In this document: positions 9,950 through 19,468 of the stretch, piece after piece | Layout: each line of letters starts with the position of its first letter | How positions within the stretch are numbered: the first letter of the stretch is position 1 | Translations under genes and position numbers: made by a program | The notes under the pieces: model-generated | The model's input: the letters and a program-made list of their open reading frames with translations, nothing else | Told to the model about the DNA's origin: nothing | Databases searched by the model: none | From: Desulfomonilia bacterium | Lineage (GTDB): Bacteria; Desulfobacterota; Desulfomonilia; UBA1062 | NCBI GenBank assembly: GCA_050014195.1 | Contig: JBEKDT010000016.1 | Coordinates: forward strand, 32,001 to 96,000 | Reading direction: 5' to 3' | DNA: 64,000 nt

Positions 9950-10618
9950 TCAGTCTTCCGGGAGCCCTGGAATCTTCATGTCGCCAAGCTCGGTTCTTCC
10001 CTTGTCAGTGAGATACATGGAGACCATGGCATAGGTCAGGCTCATAAGATTGTTGATGGCCTCATTTTTTGTAAACTGTCTTTCCAATAGGTAGCTCATG
10101 GCTACATGGAGACACATACCGATGATTATATGCCCCATGAGAGCGGCATTGACACCCTCAATGAAGCCGAGTTCTTCCCACTTGCGGAAGTCTTCCGCAA
10201 TGTCAGAAGCAAAGTCGTTGAAGAAGTTCCATGTGATGGTATCATTCTCTTCATCAACGCCGAATCCTCCACGCACGATCAGGAGGATTTGCTCCGGGTT
10301 CTGCTCCACGTAGTCGAAGAATGCTATGTAGGCCGGCAGCCACTGCTGAACACGCTCACGGACATCACCGGGCTTTTTTGTCTGGCTGAGTTCCTTGAGC
10401 CTGGCCCTCAGAACCTCATTGGTCTCTCGAATTATTTGTTCGAACAGGTCGCGTTTGTCTTTGAAGTGTGCATAGACACTGCCCGTTGATATGCCTGCTT
10501 CCCTGACAATGTCAGCGATTTGAGTCTTGTGATAACCTTTTTCACTGAACACCTTGCGGGCGGCCTGGAAGATCATCTCCCTTGTCTCGGCCTTGCGTTC
10601 TTCTAGGGCAGTGGTCAT
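9950..10618 (-). CDS. TetR/AcrR-family transcriptional regulator
   Basis: N-terminal HTH: AARKVFSEKGYHKTQIADIVREAGISTGSVYAHFKDKRDLF. Confidence 0.93.
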   Translation of the reverse strand: MTTALEERKAETREMIFQAARKVFSEKGYHKTQIADIVREAGISTGSVYAHFKDKRDLFEQIIRETNEVLRARLKELSQTKKPGDVRERVQQWLPAYIAFFDYVEQNPEQILLIVRGGFGVDEENDTITWNFFNDFASDIAEDFRKWEELGFIEGVNAALMGHIIIGMCLHVAMSYLLERQFTKNEAINNLMSLTYAMVSMYLTDKGRTELGDMKIPGLPED

Positions 10619-10661
10619 TTTCCCTATCCTGAAACAACCTAATTACAAGCATAATAACATT

Positions 10662-10711
10662 GAATCATTATTCCGATACTATAAAGATAAGTTGATGAAA
10701 GAGCATGTCAA
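10662..10711 (-). promoter_or_regulatory. putative sigma70 promoter of the tetR operon plus possible TetR operator
   Basis: Minus strand TTGACA (10711-10706)-N16-TATCTT. Short palindrome GAAT-N4-ATTC (10662-10673) just downstream. Confidence 0.4.
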
Positions 10712-11376
10712 CGATGAATGATGAGAAAACTACATTGAAATTATAACCGATTGAATTATCGGGATTAAAAAATGTAAGACAATAAGACGACACAGTGTGC
10801 ATTGAGAAAACTTACCAAGAGACATGCCAACATTACCATTGGCGTTATACCCATTATGGCATCATACACATGTATGAAATAGGGTATAAGGGCATCCTCA
10901 ATGCTGGCGGAAGCACAAGTGATTCAAACCCTGGGAGCATCAATCAGTTATTCTTAAGCGATTGTCTCTACCCAAGTGTTTCTCAAAAATTTCCGCCAAA
11001 GCTTTCAAAGAATAGGTTTTGATCGGGCAAGAAACAGTAGATGTTTTGTGATGAAATCAATACACGAGTGTAAAACCTATTAAAGTCCAGACTATGGCAC
11101 GACTTTAACTATTTTAGCAATCAGATAAAAGTTAAGATTATGTGCTACTGTCAAATCCAGAGCTGGCCTGATCATTCCATAGATTTTATTTCGAGAGCAT
11201 CAGGTTTCAGGTATTTTAAAAGCACTCATCTATTGCATGATATGCACTCTGATATAGATTTGATATACATCTCATGATATAAAAATAAGTGGTTACACAC
11301 CTGTGATCCCACATCTAAAAATCGCTGATCACGTTCAATGAGAATAGGGAGATTTGTTTTATTAAAAGGAGAAGAA

Positions 11377-11916
11377 ATGAGCCCCTATATACCACTGCCT
11401 AGCATTGAGAGCCTTCCCAAAGAAATCAAAGAAATAGTACAAGCATTTCCACTAAACATCTACTTAATGACAGCAAATGCACCTGCTAGTTTTAAAGGAT
11501 TAGGTGAATTAGCTCGTTCCATTTTATTTGAGAGCGAATTCGATCCACGAAAACGTGAAATTGCTGTGCTCCGAGTTGCTCATGTAACGCAGGCTATCTA
11601 TGAGTGGACCCACCATGTTGCTGTTGCAAAACTTTATGGCCTCACTGATAATGAGATCGAAAAGATCAAAACCGAAGACCCGGTGATATCGCTTGGAGAT
11701 GAAGGCAATCTCCTCTGCCGTGTGGCTGATGAAATAAGCAGGAATGTCAGGCTCGGCGACGAAGCCCTTACCCAAACCCTCAGTCGTTATGGCGTTCGCG
11801 GTGCAACGGAACTTATTTTATGCGTAAGTTACTTCAATTTTATCAGCAGATTCCTTGAATCCACTCGAGTAGAACTAGAAAAAGATGGTGTATTTAACAT
11901 GATTCATAAGACATAA
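11377..11916 (+). CDS. carboxymuconolactone decarboxylase (CMD/AhpD-like) family protein
   Basis: DPRKREIAVLRVA...YEWTHH pattern. RBS AAGGAG before ATG 11377. Lies in AT-rich DNA. Confidence 0.85.
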   Translation: MSPYIPLPSIESLPKEIKEIVQAFPLNIYLMTANAPASFKGLGELARSILFESEFDPRKREIAVLRVAHVTQAIYEWTHHVAVAKLYGLTDNEIEKIKTEDPVISLGDEGNLLCRVADEISRNVRLGDEALTQTLSRYGVRGATELILCVSYFNFISRFLESTRVELEKDGVFNMIHKT

Positions 11917-12308
11917 ATGAAGGATGCCAATAGTGTTGGGTTTTATTTCTTTTTAATTTCAATTAGTTATAGAGATCAACCTGATCAGCCGTCGGGTTCC
12001 CAACAGGACTTCCGATAGAGCTGCCATTATTTTGACGAAAATGCGTTACATCAATCCAAATATCGAAGTGAATATGCTACTGTCGAACAATTGCTGGTAC
12101 TCGCTAACATCGAAGGCATGAATTGTAACAGTAGTTAAGATGCTATCATACAGCTTGTGCGATTTGTAATGTTCTGGGATCTTGCATTTCTTATAGCTCT
12201 TTATACTTCATCTGGATCATCTACGAGTAGAGATAATGTTTAGATATCTTCAATAATATCAATGCAGTGATTATCATGAAATCTATGCTCTGGAATAACC
12301 ATTGTCCT

Positions 12309-12405
12309 TCGGCACCATCGGCAACCCGGGTACGGTATCGACTATGATCACCTGCTGGGTGAGCAATGCCTAGTGCGAAACGCACTGCCCACGATGGTTT
12401 GCCGA
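12309..12405 (+). ncRNA. candidate structured RNA (multi-branch), family not recognised
   Basis: GC-rich patch in AT-rich intergenic DNA. Nested stems, hairpins with GCAA and GAAAC loops, and G-U pairs that favour the + strand. Followed by a terminator. Confidence 0.5.
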
Positions 12406-12459
12406 GAGAAATAAGAAACCCGGTACAACCCACTTATACTCATTACTTCAAGACATTAG

Positions 12460-12490
12460 AAAAGGGTCCTCACATGAGGGCCCTTTTTCT
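12460..12490 (+). terminator. rho-independent terminator
   Basis: GGGTCCTC-ACAT-GAGGGCCC stem followed by TTTTT; the T-G wobble works only on the + strand. Confidence 0.8.
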
Positions 12491-12501
12491 CTTAAAGGTA
12501 C

Positions 12502-12530
12502 TTGAGATGAGCTCTTGCATATATTATTAT
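12502..12530 (+). promoter_or_regulatory. sigma70-like promoter, probably leaderless transcript
   Basis: TTGAGA-N17-TATTAT ends 6 nt before ATG 12537; no Shine-Dalgarno. Confidence 0.5.
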
Positions 12531-12536
12531 TCTGTT

Positions 12537-13130
12537 ATGAAAAAAATAATGAGAAGCCTGATTATTTGCATGATCCTGTTCGGCATCATACCCCTTTCTA
12601 GCTATGCAGCTGCATCGGAGCAGGATTGCCTTGCTGCCATAACAAAAGTTAAACTCAAGCTGCCGCCTGACGATCCTGGGGTCGCTGCTTCACTGGGCAT
12701 CAAGCAGAAGGACGGGCAAATAACGCTTAATGATATCGATGCCGAGGTAATCATCATCGAGATCTTCAGCATGTACTGCCCTTTCTGCCAGAGACATGCA
12801 CCCATGACTAACAAGCTGCAAACAGTCATAGAAACACGCAGCGACACAAGAGGCAAGGTCAGGCTGTTGGGCATCGGTGTTGGCAATTCACCCTATGAAG
12901 TGAAGTTTTTCAAGAAGAAGTACGGCATTCAATTCCCCCTGTTTGATGATGCAAACTCAGCAGTCCTGAACAGTCTTCCCGATATAAGAACGCCATATTA
13001 TTTCGCCATCAGAAAAACAGGCAGATCCCTGAATGTTTTTTTCACACAACAAGGGGCCTTTGAAGATCCCGAGAAATTCCTCAATACCGTGCTGAACAAG
13101 TCCGGACAATTACCAGGGAGAAGCCAATGA
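12537..13130 (+). CDS. exported thioredoxin-like (TlpA/redoxin) protein
   Basis: Signal peptide MKKIMRSLII..SYAA, FSMYCPFC CxxC motif, FPLFDD, RTP cis-Pro loop. Confidence 0.82.
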   Translation: MKKIMRSLIICMILFGIIPLSSYAAASEQDCLAAITKVKLKLPPDDPGVAASLGIKQKDGQITLNDIDAEVIIIEIFSMYCPFCQRHAPMTNKLQTVIETRSDTRGKVRLLGIGVGNSPYEVKFFKKKYGIQFPLFDDANSAVLNSLPDIRTPYYFAIRKTGRSLNVFFTQQGAFEDPEKFLNTVLNKSGQLPGRSQ

Positions 13131-13735
13131 AGAACCCACGACATCATTTACTTGTTGAGATAATATCCATCTTCTGTCTTGTCTTTTTCGGCATGCCTGT
13201 CCTGCATGCATCCGATACACTGAAGGATGAAATCTACCAGGTGGGAACGCTCAAACCTATTGACAGTACACTGAAGGTGAAAGTCGGTGAGATGGCCCCG
13301 GATTTCACCCTTATGTCTCTTTCCGGCAAGGCCATATCCCTGAAGGATTACCTGGGGAAAAAGAATGTCATGCTGTCATTCGTGCCGGCAGCCTGGACCC
13401 CGGTTTGTTCAGATCAGTGGCCGGGATATAATATCGCAAAGGATGAATTCGACAGTTACAATACGGTTCTGCTCGGTATAACAGTGGACAACATACCGAC
13501 CCTCTATGCGTGGACAAAAGCCATGGGTACCCTGTGGTTTCCGGTGTTATCGGATTTCTGGCCCCACGGAAAAACGGCCCAGTCATATGGTGTCTTACGT
13601 TCCAGCGGAACAGCAGAAAGGGCGATTTTCATCATCGACAAAAAAGGGGAGATCCGATACATCGATGTCCACGACATCAACAAGAGACCTCCCCTGGAAA
13701 CCATCATGGCTGAGCTGGAGGAGCTGAATAAGTAA
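13127..13735 (+). CDS. exported peroxiredoxin (AhpC/TSA, AhpE-like)
   Basis: APDFTL, FVPAAWTPVC (PxxxTxxC), LSDFWPHG, ERAIFIID; signal peptide; ATGA overlap with the upstream gene. Confidence 0.9.
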   Translation: MKNPRHHLLVEIISIFCLVFFGMPVLHASDTLKDEIYQVGTLKPIDSTLKVKVGEMAPDFTLMSLSGKAISLKDYLGKKNVMLSFVPAAWTPVCSDQWPGYNIAKDEFDSYNTVLLGITVDNIPTLYAWTKAMGTLWFPVLSDFWPHGKTAQSYGVLRSSGTAERAIFIIDKKGEIRYIDVHDINKRPPLETIMAELEELNK

Positions 13736-13988
13736 CTCATTCTCATCCCAAGAGCAGCTCTTAAGACGTGTGAAGAAGTATCTCCACGTTTTCCTGAAAA
13801 ACTCGAACCCGACTCCATGCATCCCAGGATGTTTGTTTATGATGTGAGCAATAAAATAGTTACAACAGATTATGTAACGGGTCATTATCTAAAGAACTTT
13901 GACATTGCAGCATGATGGGTATTGTTTTTGGGGGTTACTGCATTAATATATCATCTTCGTAGTAAAAATATTAAGAATCGGAGGAAAT

Positions 13989-14558
13989 ATGAAAGGTAAA
14001 ATATTTTCATCAATCATGGTGTTTTTAGTAGCTCTCTTCTTTCAATCTGCTTGCTTAGCTGATGAATTTGAAGATGGTCTTTGCCAATGGGTGCCGAGGG
14101 ATATAAATGCCAAAGTCACGGCTATTAATGTGAAAGCCATGGAAATAACCTTAAAAGCCTCCGGTGGGAATGTGGTCACTTATGCTGTTGATACAAAAGT
14201 GAAGGATCTATCCACCTTTGCTGTAGGTGATAAAATCATGGCAAGATATTATATGTCTTTAGCAGCAGACATCGGCACGGCTACTCCTGAGGAAAAAAAG
14301 ACTCCATCTGTAAAACTCGATGAAACCTGTCCATTGCCACCTAGGGCAACTCCTGGATCAGAGGTAAAAATGCTCCGAGATGTTGGTAAAGTAGAAATGT
14401 TTGATAATATGGCTGGTTTTTTAGTAGTTAAGGATTCAAAAGGTCATGATATTTGGATGAATATCGATAATCAGTCTTTAAGGTCAAATATTAAGCTTGG
14501 AGATTTAATCGCCGTGAAACATTCCCAGCCTTATATCATTGCCCTTAAAAAACTTTAA
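13989..14558 (+). CDS. exported hypothetical protein (two beta-rich, OB-like repeats)
   Basis: GAGGA RBS, signal peptide ending ACLA, repeated 'KV..[IF]..K...G....' and 'GD.I...' units. Confidence 0.7.
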   Translation: MKGKIFSSIMVFLVALFFQSACLADEFEDGLCQWVPRDINAKVTAINVKAMEITLKASGGNVVTYAVDTKVKDLSTFAVGDKIMARYYMSLAADIGTATPEEKKTPSVKLDETCPLPPRATPGSEVKMLRDVGKVEMFDNMAGFLVVKDSKGHDIWMNIDNQSLRSNIKLGDLIAVKHSQPYIIALKKL

Positions 14559-14825
14559 ATACCATACAGATACCGAAATTACCTGGCTCTTGTCTAATGA
14601 GGCAGGAGCCAGGTTCATAGAAATCTTCGAATGGAAATTTGACTTATTGCTCCGGCAAGTAAATATATAAACATATGTACAAGGGTCTTGGGACATGTGG
14701 TCAACACCGGAAATTTCTTTCGTATGCCGGTACACGAGGCTTCGGAGGGCCGCAATTACACTGACCTCGCTCTCGCTCACGACGTATGTCTTGCTTTAAG
14801 TCCCTGATGTGAAGTGCAGGCGAAA

Positions 14826-16334
14826 TCATTTTGTTTCCATCATCATGCCCTTTTCAGGGATGCCGATTGGCAGCTTGTCGTCGTTGCCGGGTCCATGAGA
14901 ATGATTGTCAGTGGAGGATTGCAGGGCTTCAGCGCTCCAGCCGCCGCCGAGGGCTTTAATGAGGAGTACGCTGGCGGTCAGCCGGTTGCCGGTGATACTG
15001 ATGGCGGTCCTCTTGTTGTTCAACTCGGTAATCCGGGTAACGATAACGTCCAGCGCACTGGCCGTGCCCGCTTTATACTGGTTGGTGGTCACCATCACGG
15101 ACTGCTGCGCAGCCGTTACCGCCTCATCCTGTACCCCGGCTTCTTCCTCCAGGATGCGCAGTGCAGCCAGATTGTCTTCCACCTCTTGAAATCCGGTAAG
15201 CACGGTCTGCCGGTAGGATGCCACATTTGCATCATAGGCGGCCCGCGCCTGTTCGGTCTGGGCTTTTCTCAAACCGCCATCGTACACGGTCTCCATGCTT
15301 GCAGGCCCGACCGACCAGAAGCGGCTCGGCCAGGTAAGCCAATCAGCGCTGCCGGCGCTTTGATATCCGCCCGATGCGCTCAAAGTGATTGCAGGGTAAT
15401 ATGCGGCCTGGGCCACCCCGATCTGGGCATTCGCAGCAGCCATGCGTCTCTCGGCGGCTGCAACATCGGGTCTCCGTTCGAGGAGCTCAGAGGGCATCCC
15501 TACGGGTATGGGTGGCAGGTCGGCTGCAAGCTGCATAACGGGTATGGAAAAGTCGGACGCCGGTTTTCCGACCAGCAGGGCAATGGCATGTTCAATCTGA
15601 GCCCGCTGCACGCCGATGTCGATAGCCTGGGCCTGGGTGGTCTTGAGCTGTGTCTGGGCCTGGAGGATATCAGCCCGGGACGCTACACCGCTCGCATAGC
15701 GGTTCATCGTCAGATCGAGGAATCTCTGATAAGCGCTCGCTGCCGTATCAAGGAGCTGTTTCTGTGCATCCAGGTCCTGCAACTGGAAGTAGTCCTGCGC
15801 AAGCTCGGCCTGAGCACTCAAGCGAGCCGATTCGAGATCCGCCGCGCTTGCCTGGGCGTTCGCCTCGCCGGACTCTACGCTGCGGCGGACCTTACCCCAG
15901 ATATCCGGTTCCCAGGATGCATCGAAAGACAGTAAATAGTCCGAGACAATGCCGGAGGACGAGCCGCCTGAAACAGTATTGGAAGAACTCCGGGAGCGCG
16001 TATACGAGGCCCCTGCCGAAAGGGTCGGAAAGTAGGCTGCTCGGGCAGCCTGAACCAGGGCGCGGGCTTGACGGAACTGCGCCTCGGCAGCCGCCACATT
16101 CTGATTCGAAATATTGACGGTCTCTTCGAGGGCATTCAGCCCGGCATCGTTGAACATCTCCCACCATTTCCCGCGGATCACGCCTTCTCTGGGCTGGGCC
16201 TCCTTCCAGCCTTTCATTTCTTTGTAGGACTCGGGTGTTGGTGCAGAAGGTTTCACATAGTCGGGACCAACGGCGCAGCCGAAAAGCATCACCAGTCCGA
16301 TCATAACAATGCTTCGATGCGTTTGTTTATTCAT
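14826..16334 (-). CDS. RND outer membrane factor lipoprotein (NodT/OprM family)
   Basis: Lipobox [37 protein letters not shown] overlap with the mdtC stop. Confidence 0.93.
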   Translation of the reverse strand: MNKQTHRSIVMIGLVMLFGCAVGPDYVKPSAPTPESYKEMKGWKEAQPREGVIRGKWWEMFNDAGLNALEETVNISNQNVAAAEAQFRQARALVQAARAAYFPTLSAGASYTRSRSSSNTVSGGSSSGIVSDYLLSFDASWEPDIWGKVRRSVESGEANAQASAADLESARLSAQAELAQDYFQLQDLDAQKQLLDTAASAYQRFLDLTMNRYASGVASRADILQAQTQLKTTQAQAIDIGVQRAQIEHAIALLVGKPASDFSIPVMQLAADLPPIPVGMPSELLERRPDVAAAERRMAAANAQIGVAQAAYYPAITLSASGGYQSAGSADWLTWPSRFWSVGPASMETVYDGGLRKAQTEQARAAYDANVASYRQTVLTGFQEVEDNLAALRILEEEAGVQDEAVTAAQQSVMVTTNQYKAGTASALDVIVTRITELNNKRTAISITGNRLTASVLLIKALGGGWSAEALQSSTDNHSHGPGNDDKLPIGIPEKGMMMETK

Positions 16335-19300
16335 CTTTGGATCCCTCCAGTCTCCCCCATTACCAGAGTATTTGCCCGGCCTTTGCGGCCTTTCGTGGAC
16401 AGACACCACAGCCTGAAACGGTCAAGGTATAAATAGACGACCGGCGTGGTGTATAAGGTAAGCATCTGGCTAACGATCAGTCCTCCGACAATGGAAATAC
16501 CCAGCGGTCGACGCAATTCGGCCCCGTCCCCGGCGCTGAGCATGAGCGGTATCGCACCAAGCAGAGCCGCCATGGTCGTCATCATGATGGGCCGGAAACG
16601 AATCAGGCATGCCTCGTATATGGCCTCCCTGGAGTTTTTCCCTTGTTTGCGTTCCACATCCAGGGCGAAGTCGATCATCATAATGGCGTTCTTCTTCACG
16701 ATACCGATCAGCAGGATGACCCCGATCAGCGCCATGATGCTGAAATCCGTCCGGGATATCATGAGCGCAAGGATGGCCCCGACGCCGGCTGAGGGCAATG
16801 TGGATATAATGGTGATAGGATGTACATAGCTTTCATACAGGATGCCGAGCACAATATAGATAGTGAACAAAGCTGCAAGGATCAGCCAGGGCTGGCTTTG
16901 CAGGGATGCCTGAAATGTCCGGGCCGTTCCCTGGAAGCTGGCCCTTATGGAGCCCGGCACACCGATGCGGACCGTCGCATCGCTGATGGCTTTCGTTGCA
17001 TCCGAGAGCGATATGCCGACAGGCAGGTTAAAAGAGATCGTGGAAGCTGCGAACTGCCCCTGGTGATTGACCGCCAAGGGCGTATTGTTCAGGGCGTAGG
17101 AAGCAAAGGCCGGAAGCGGCACTTGGGCTCCCCCCGGAAACTGTGTGCTGGTAGGCACACGCATGTATACATCACGGAGCGCCTCGGAACTCTGCCCATA
17201 CTGTGGCGCCACTTCCATAACGACCCGGTACTGATTAAGCGGATTATAGATTATGGACACCTCCCGCTGACCAAAGGAGTCATTCAGGGTTGCATCGATG
17301 AGCGCCGGTGTCACCCCCATGCGCGACGCTGCATCGCGGTCAATGGCGACAGCGGTTTGAAGGCCCCGGTCCTGCTCGTCCGTGTTGACATCCACCAGTT
17401 GAGGGAGCCCTCCCAGGGCATTCTGGATCTTTTTCCCCCAGGTTCTCAGTTCGGTGAGATCTTCGGCTTGGAGGGTATACTGGTACATGGCGCCGGATGA
17501 GCGTCCGCCGACCCGGATATCCTGCACCGACTGCAGGAATAATCGTGCGCCGGGTTCCCTGGCCAGTTTAGGCCGCAGTCGCGCCATCACCTTGTCGGCC
17601 GAATCTTTGCGTTCGCTGCGCGATTTCAAGGACACGAACATGAAGCCGGAGTTGGTCTGGCCGCCTCCCGTGAAGCCGGCGACACTATCGACGGCCGGGT
17701 CCTTCCGGACCACATTCATGATATTGACCAGTTTTTTTTGCATGGCCTGGAAAGAAATGTTCTGGTCGGCCTGGATGCTGCCCGTCAATCGCCCTGTATC
17801 CTGCTGCGGGAAAAACCCCTTCGGGATAACCACGTACAGGTAGATGTTCAGGCACACCGTTAAGAGCAAAAGGAGCATCATAAAAGGCCCGTGCGCGAGC
17901 GCCCAGCCGAGCGAGCGCTCATACCGGTTAAGCAAACCCGTAAACAAACGTTCACCTCTCCGGTAAAACCACCCGCGTTTCAGATCATCTCCGGTTTTGA
18001 GAAGGCGTGCACACATCATCGGTGTCGTTGTAAGAGAGACAACGAGTGATACGAGGACCGCCACCGAGAGTGTCACTGCGAACTCGCGAAATATCCTGCC
18101 GATGACACCGCCCATGAGCAGGATGGGAATAAAAACCGCAATCAGGGAGAGACTCATGGACAGCACCGTGAATCCGACTTCGCGCGCCCCGAGGAGAGCG
18201 GCTTTAAAAGGCTGCATCCCATTTTCGATGTGACGCGAAATGTTTTCCAGCATTACAACGGCATCGTCCACGACGAAGCCGGTGGCTACGGTAAGCGCCA
18301 TCAGTGACAGGTTGTCCAGGCTGTAGTTAAAGAGATACATCACCCCAAACGTACCGATCAAGGATACCGGCACGGCCACACAGGGAATCAGCATGGAGCG
18401 GACGTTGCGCAGGAACAGGAATACCACGAGAATCACCAGGCTCACGGAAATCATCAGGGTGCGCTCGACTTCACGCAGCGATGCCCGGATGGTGGTGGTC
18501 TGGTCTGATGCGATGGTGATCTTGACTGCGCTCGGCACCGAGGCCCTCAACTCCGGCAGGAGGCCATTGACACGATCGACCGTCTCAATGACGTTGGCGC
18601 CCGGCTGCTTGCTGATAATCAGCAAGACGGAGGGTTTGCCATTGTACAGGCCGGCGTTGCGCAAGTCCTGCACGGAATCGACAACCTCGCCCAGATCCTT
18701 AAGCCGCACGGCTGCGCCGTTCTGGTAGCTCACGATCAATGGGATATAATCCTTGGCCGTTTTGCCCTGGTCGTTGGCATATATCTGCCAGTGACGGTCT
18801 CCCTGTTCAACATCGCCCTTGGGTCTGTTGGCATTGGAAGTGACGATCGCCTGGCGCACGGTCTCGAGGCCGATTCCGTAGCGGTTGAGCAGCGTGGGGT
18901 TCAATTCCACCCGGACCGCAGGCAGCGAACTGCCGCCGACGCTCACCTGGCCCACCCCTTTGACTTGAGATATTTTCTGCGCCAGGATGGTGTCGGCTGC
19001 ATCGTATAGCTGGCCACGGGTCATGGTCTCCGAGGTAAGGGCCAGGATCATGATCGGCGCATCAGACGGATTAACCTTGCGGTACGTCGGGTTGCTGGGC
19101 AACCCTGACGGCAGCAGGCTGCGGGCCGCGTTGATCGCCGCCTGCACATCCCGGGCGGCGCCGTCGATATCACGGTCAAGGTCGAATTGTAAGGTGATGC
19201 GCGATGAACCGAGCGAACTGGCGGATGTAATCTCGCTGACACCGGCAATACGGCCGAGCGAGCGTTCAAGGGGCGTAGCCACGGTTGCGGCCATGGTTTC

Positions 19301-19468
19301 CGGACTCGCCCCGGGTAACGAGGCCTGTACGGATATGGTAGGGAAATCCACCTGGGGCAGCGACGCCACGGGCAGGAGGAAAAAGGCGACAATACCGGTG
19401 AGCATCACCCCGAGCGTAAGCAGCGTGGTGGCTACAGGCCGGTGGATGAATGGGGAGGAGAGACTCAT
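16331..19468 (-). CDS. mdtC: RND permease subunit, MdtC/MuxC-like
   Basis: [45 protein letters not shown]; second of two RND subunits. Confidence 0.9.
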   Translation of the reverse strand: MSLSSPFIHRPVATTLLTLGVMLTGIVAFFLLPVASLPQVDFPTISVQASLPGASPETMAATVATPLERSLGRIAGVSEITSASSLGSSRITLQFDLDRDIDGAARDVQAAINAARSLLPSGLPSNPTYRKVNPSDAPIMILALTSETMTRGQLYDAADTILAQKISQVKGVGQVSVGGSSLPAVRVELNPTLLNRYGIGLETVRQAIVTSNANRPKGDVEQGDRHWQIYANDQGKTAKDYIPLIVSYQNGAAVRLKDLGEVVDSVQDLRNAGLYNGKPSVLLIISKQPGANVIETVDRVNGLLPELRASVPSAVKITIASDQTTTIRASLREVERTLMISVSLVILVVFLFLRNVRSMLIPCVAVPVSLIGTFGVMYLFNYSLDNLSLMALTVATGFVVDDAVVMLENISRHIENGMQPFKAALLGAREVGFTVLSMSLSLIAVFIPILLMGGVIGRIFREFAVTLSVAVLVSLVVSLTTTPMMCARLLKTGDDLKRGWFYRRGERLFTGLLNRYERSLGWALAHGPFMMLLLLLTVCLNIYLYVVIPKGFFPQQDTGRLTGSIQADQNISFQAMQKKLVNIMNVVRKDPAVDSVAGFTGGGQTNSGFMFVSLKSRSERKDSADKVMARLRPKLAREPGARLFLQSVQDIRVGGRSSGAMYQYTLQAEDLTELRTWGKKIQNALGGLPQLVDVNTDEQDRGLQTAVAIDRDAASRMGVTPALIDATLNDSFGQREVSIIYNPLNQYRVVMEVAPQYGQSSEALRDVYMRVPTSTQFPGGAQVPLPAFASYALNNTPLAVNHQGQFAASTISFNLPVGISLSDATKAISDATVRIGVPGSIRASFQGTARTFQASLQSQPWLILAALFTIYIVLGILYESYVHPITIISTLPSAGVGAILALMISRTDFSIMALIGVILLIGIVKKNAIMMIDFALDVERKQGKNSREAIYEACLIRFRPIMMTTMAALLGAIPLMLSAGDGAELRRPLGISIVGGLIVSQMLTLYTTPVVYLYLDRFRLWCLSTKGRKGRANTLVMGETGGIQR

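Noticed and set aside
10795-11022. 75-aa ORF in the AT-rich intergenic region
   Set aside because: GTG start without an RBS and no recognisable motif.
11143-12084. 10-bp direct repeat TGCTACTGTC flanking the CMD gene as a target-site duplication
   Set aside because: About one such 10-mer pair is expected by chance in 1.5 kb; no terminal inverted repeats or transposase.
12310-12405. c-di-GMP-I (GEMM) riboswitch on the minus strand (GGCAAACC...CGGGTTGCCG)
   Set aside because: The GAAA-capped P2 and the GACGCAAAGC core are missing, and loops and wobble pairs favour the + strand.
12366-12536. N-terminal extension of the thioredoxin-like ORF given in the ORF track
   Set aside because: It crosses a terminator hairpin, and the signal peptide starts at 12537.
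13760-13795. Additional ECF promoter (minus strand ACGTCTTAA)
   Set aside because: Only the -10 matches; there is no TGTAGAC at the right spacing, and it points antisense into a gene.
14715-14800. GC-rich hairpin patch between convergent genes as a twister-like ribozyme
   Set aside because: Only a TAATTGCGGC resemblance; the conserved CAAGC segment is absent and pairing is weak.
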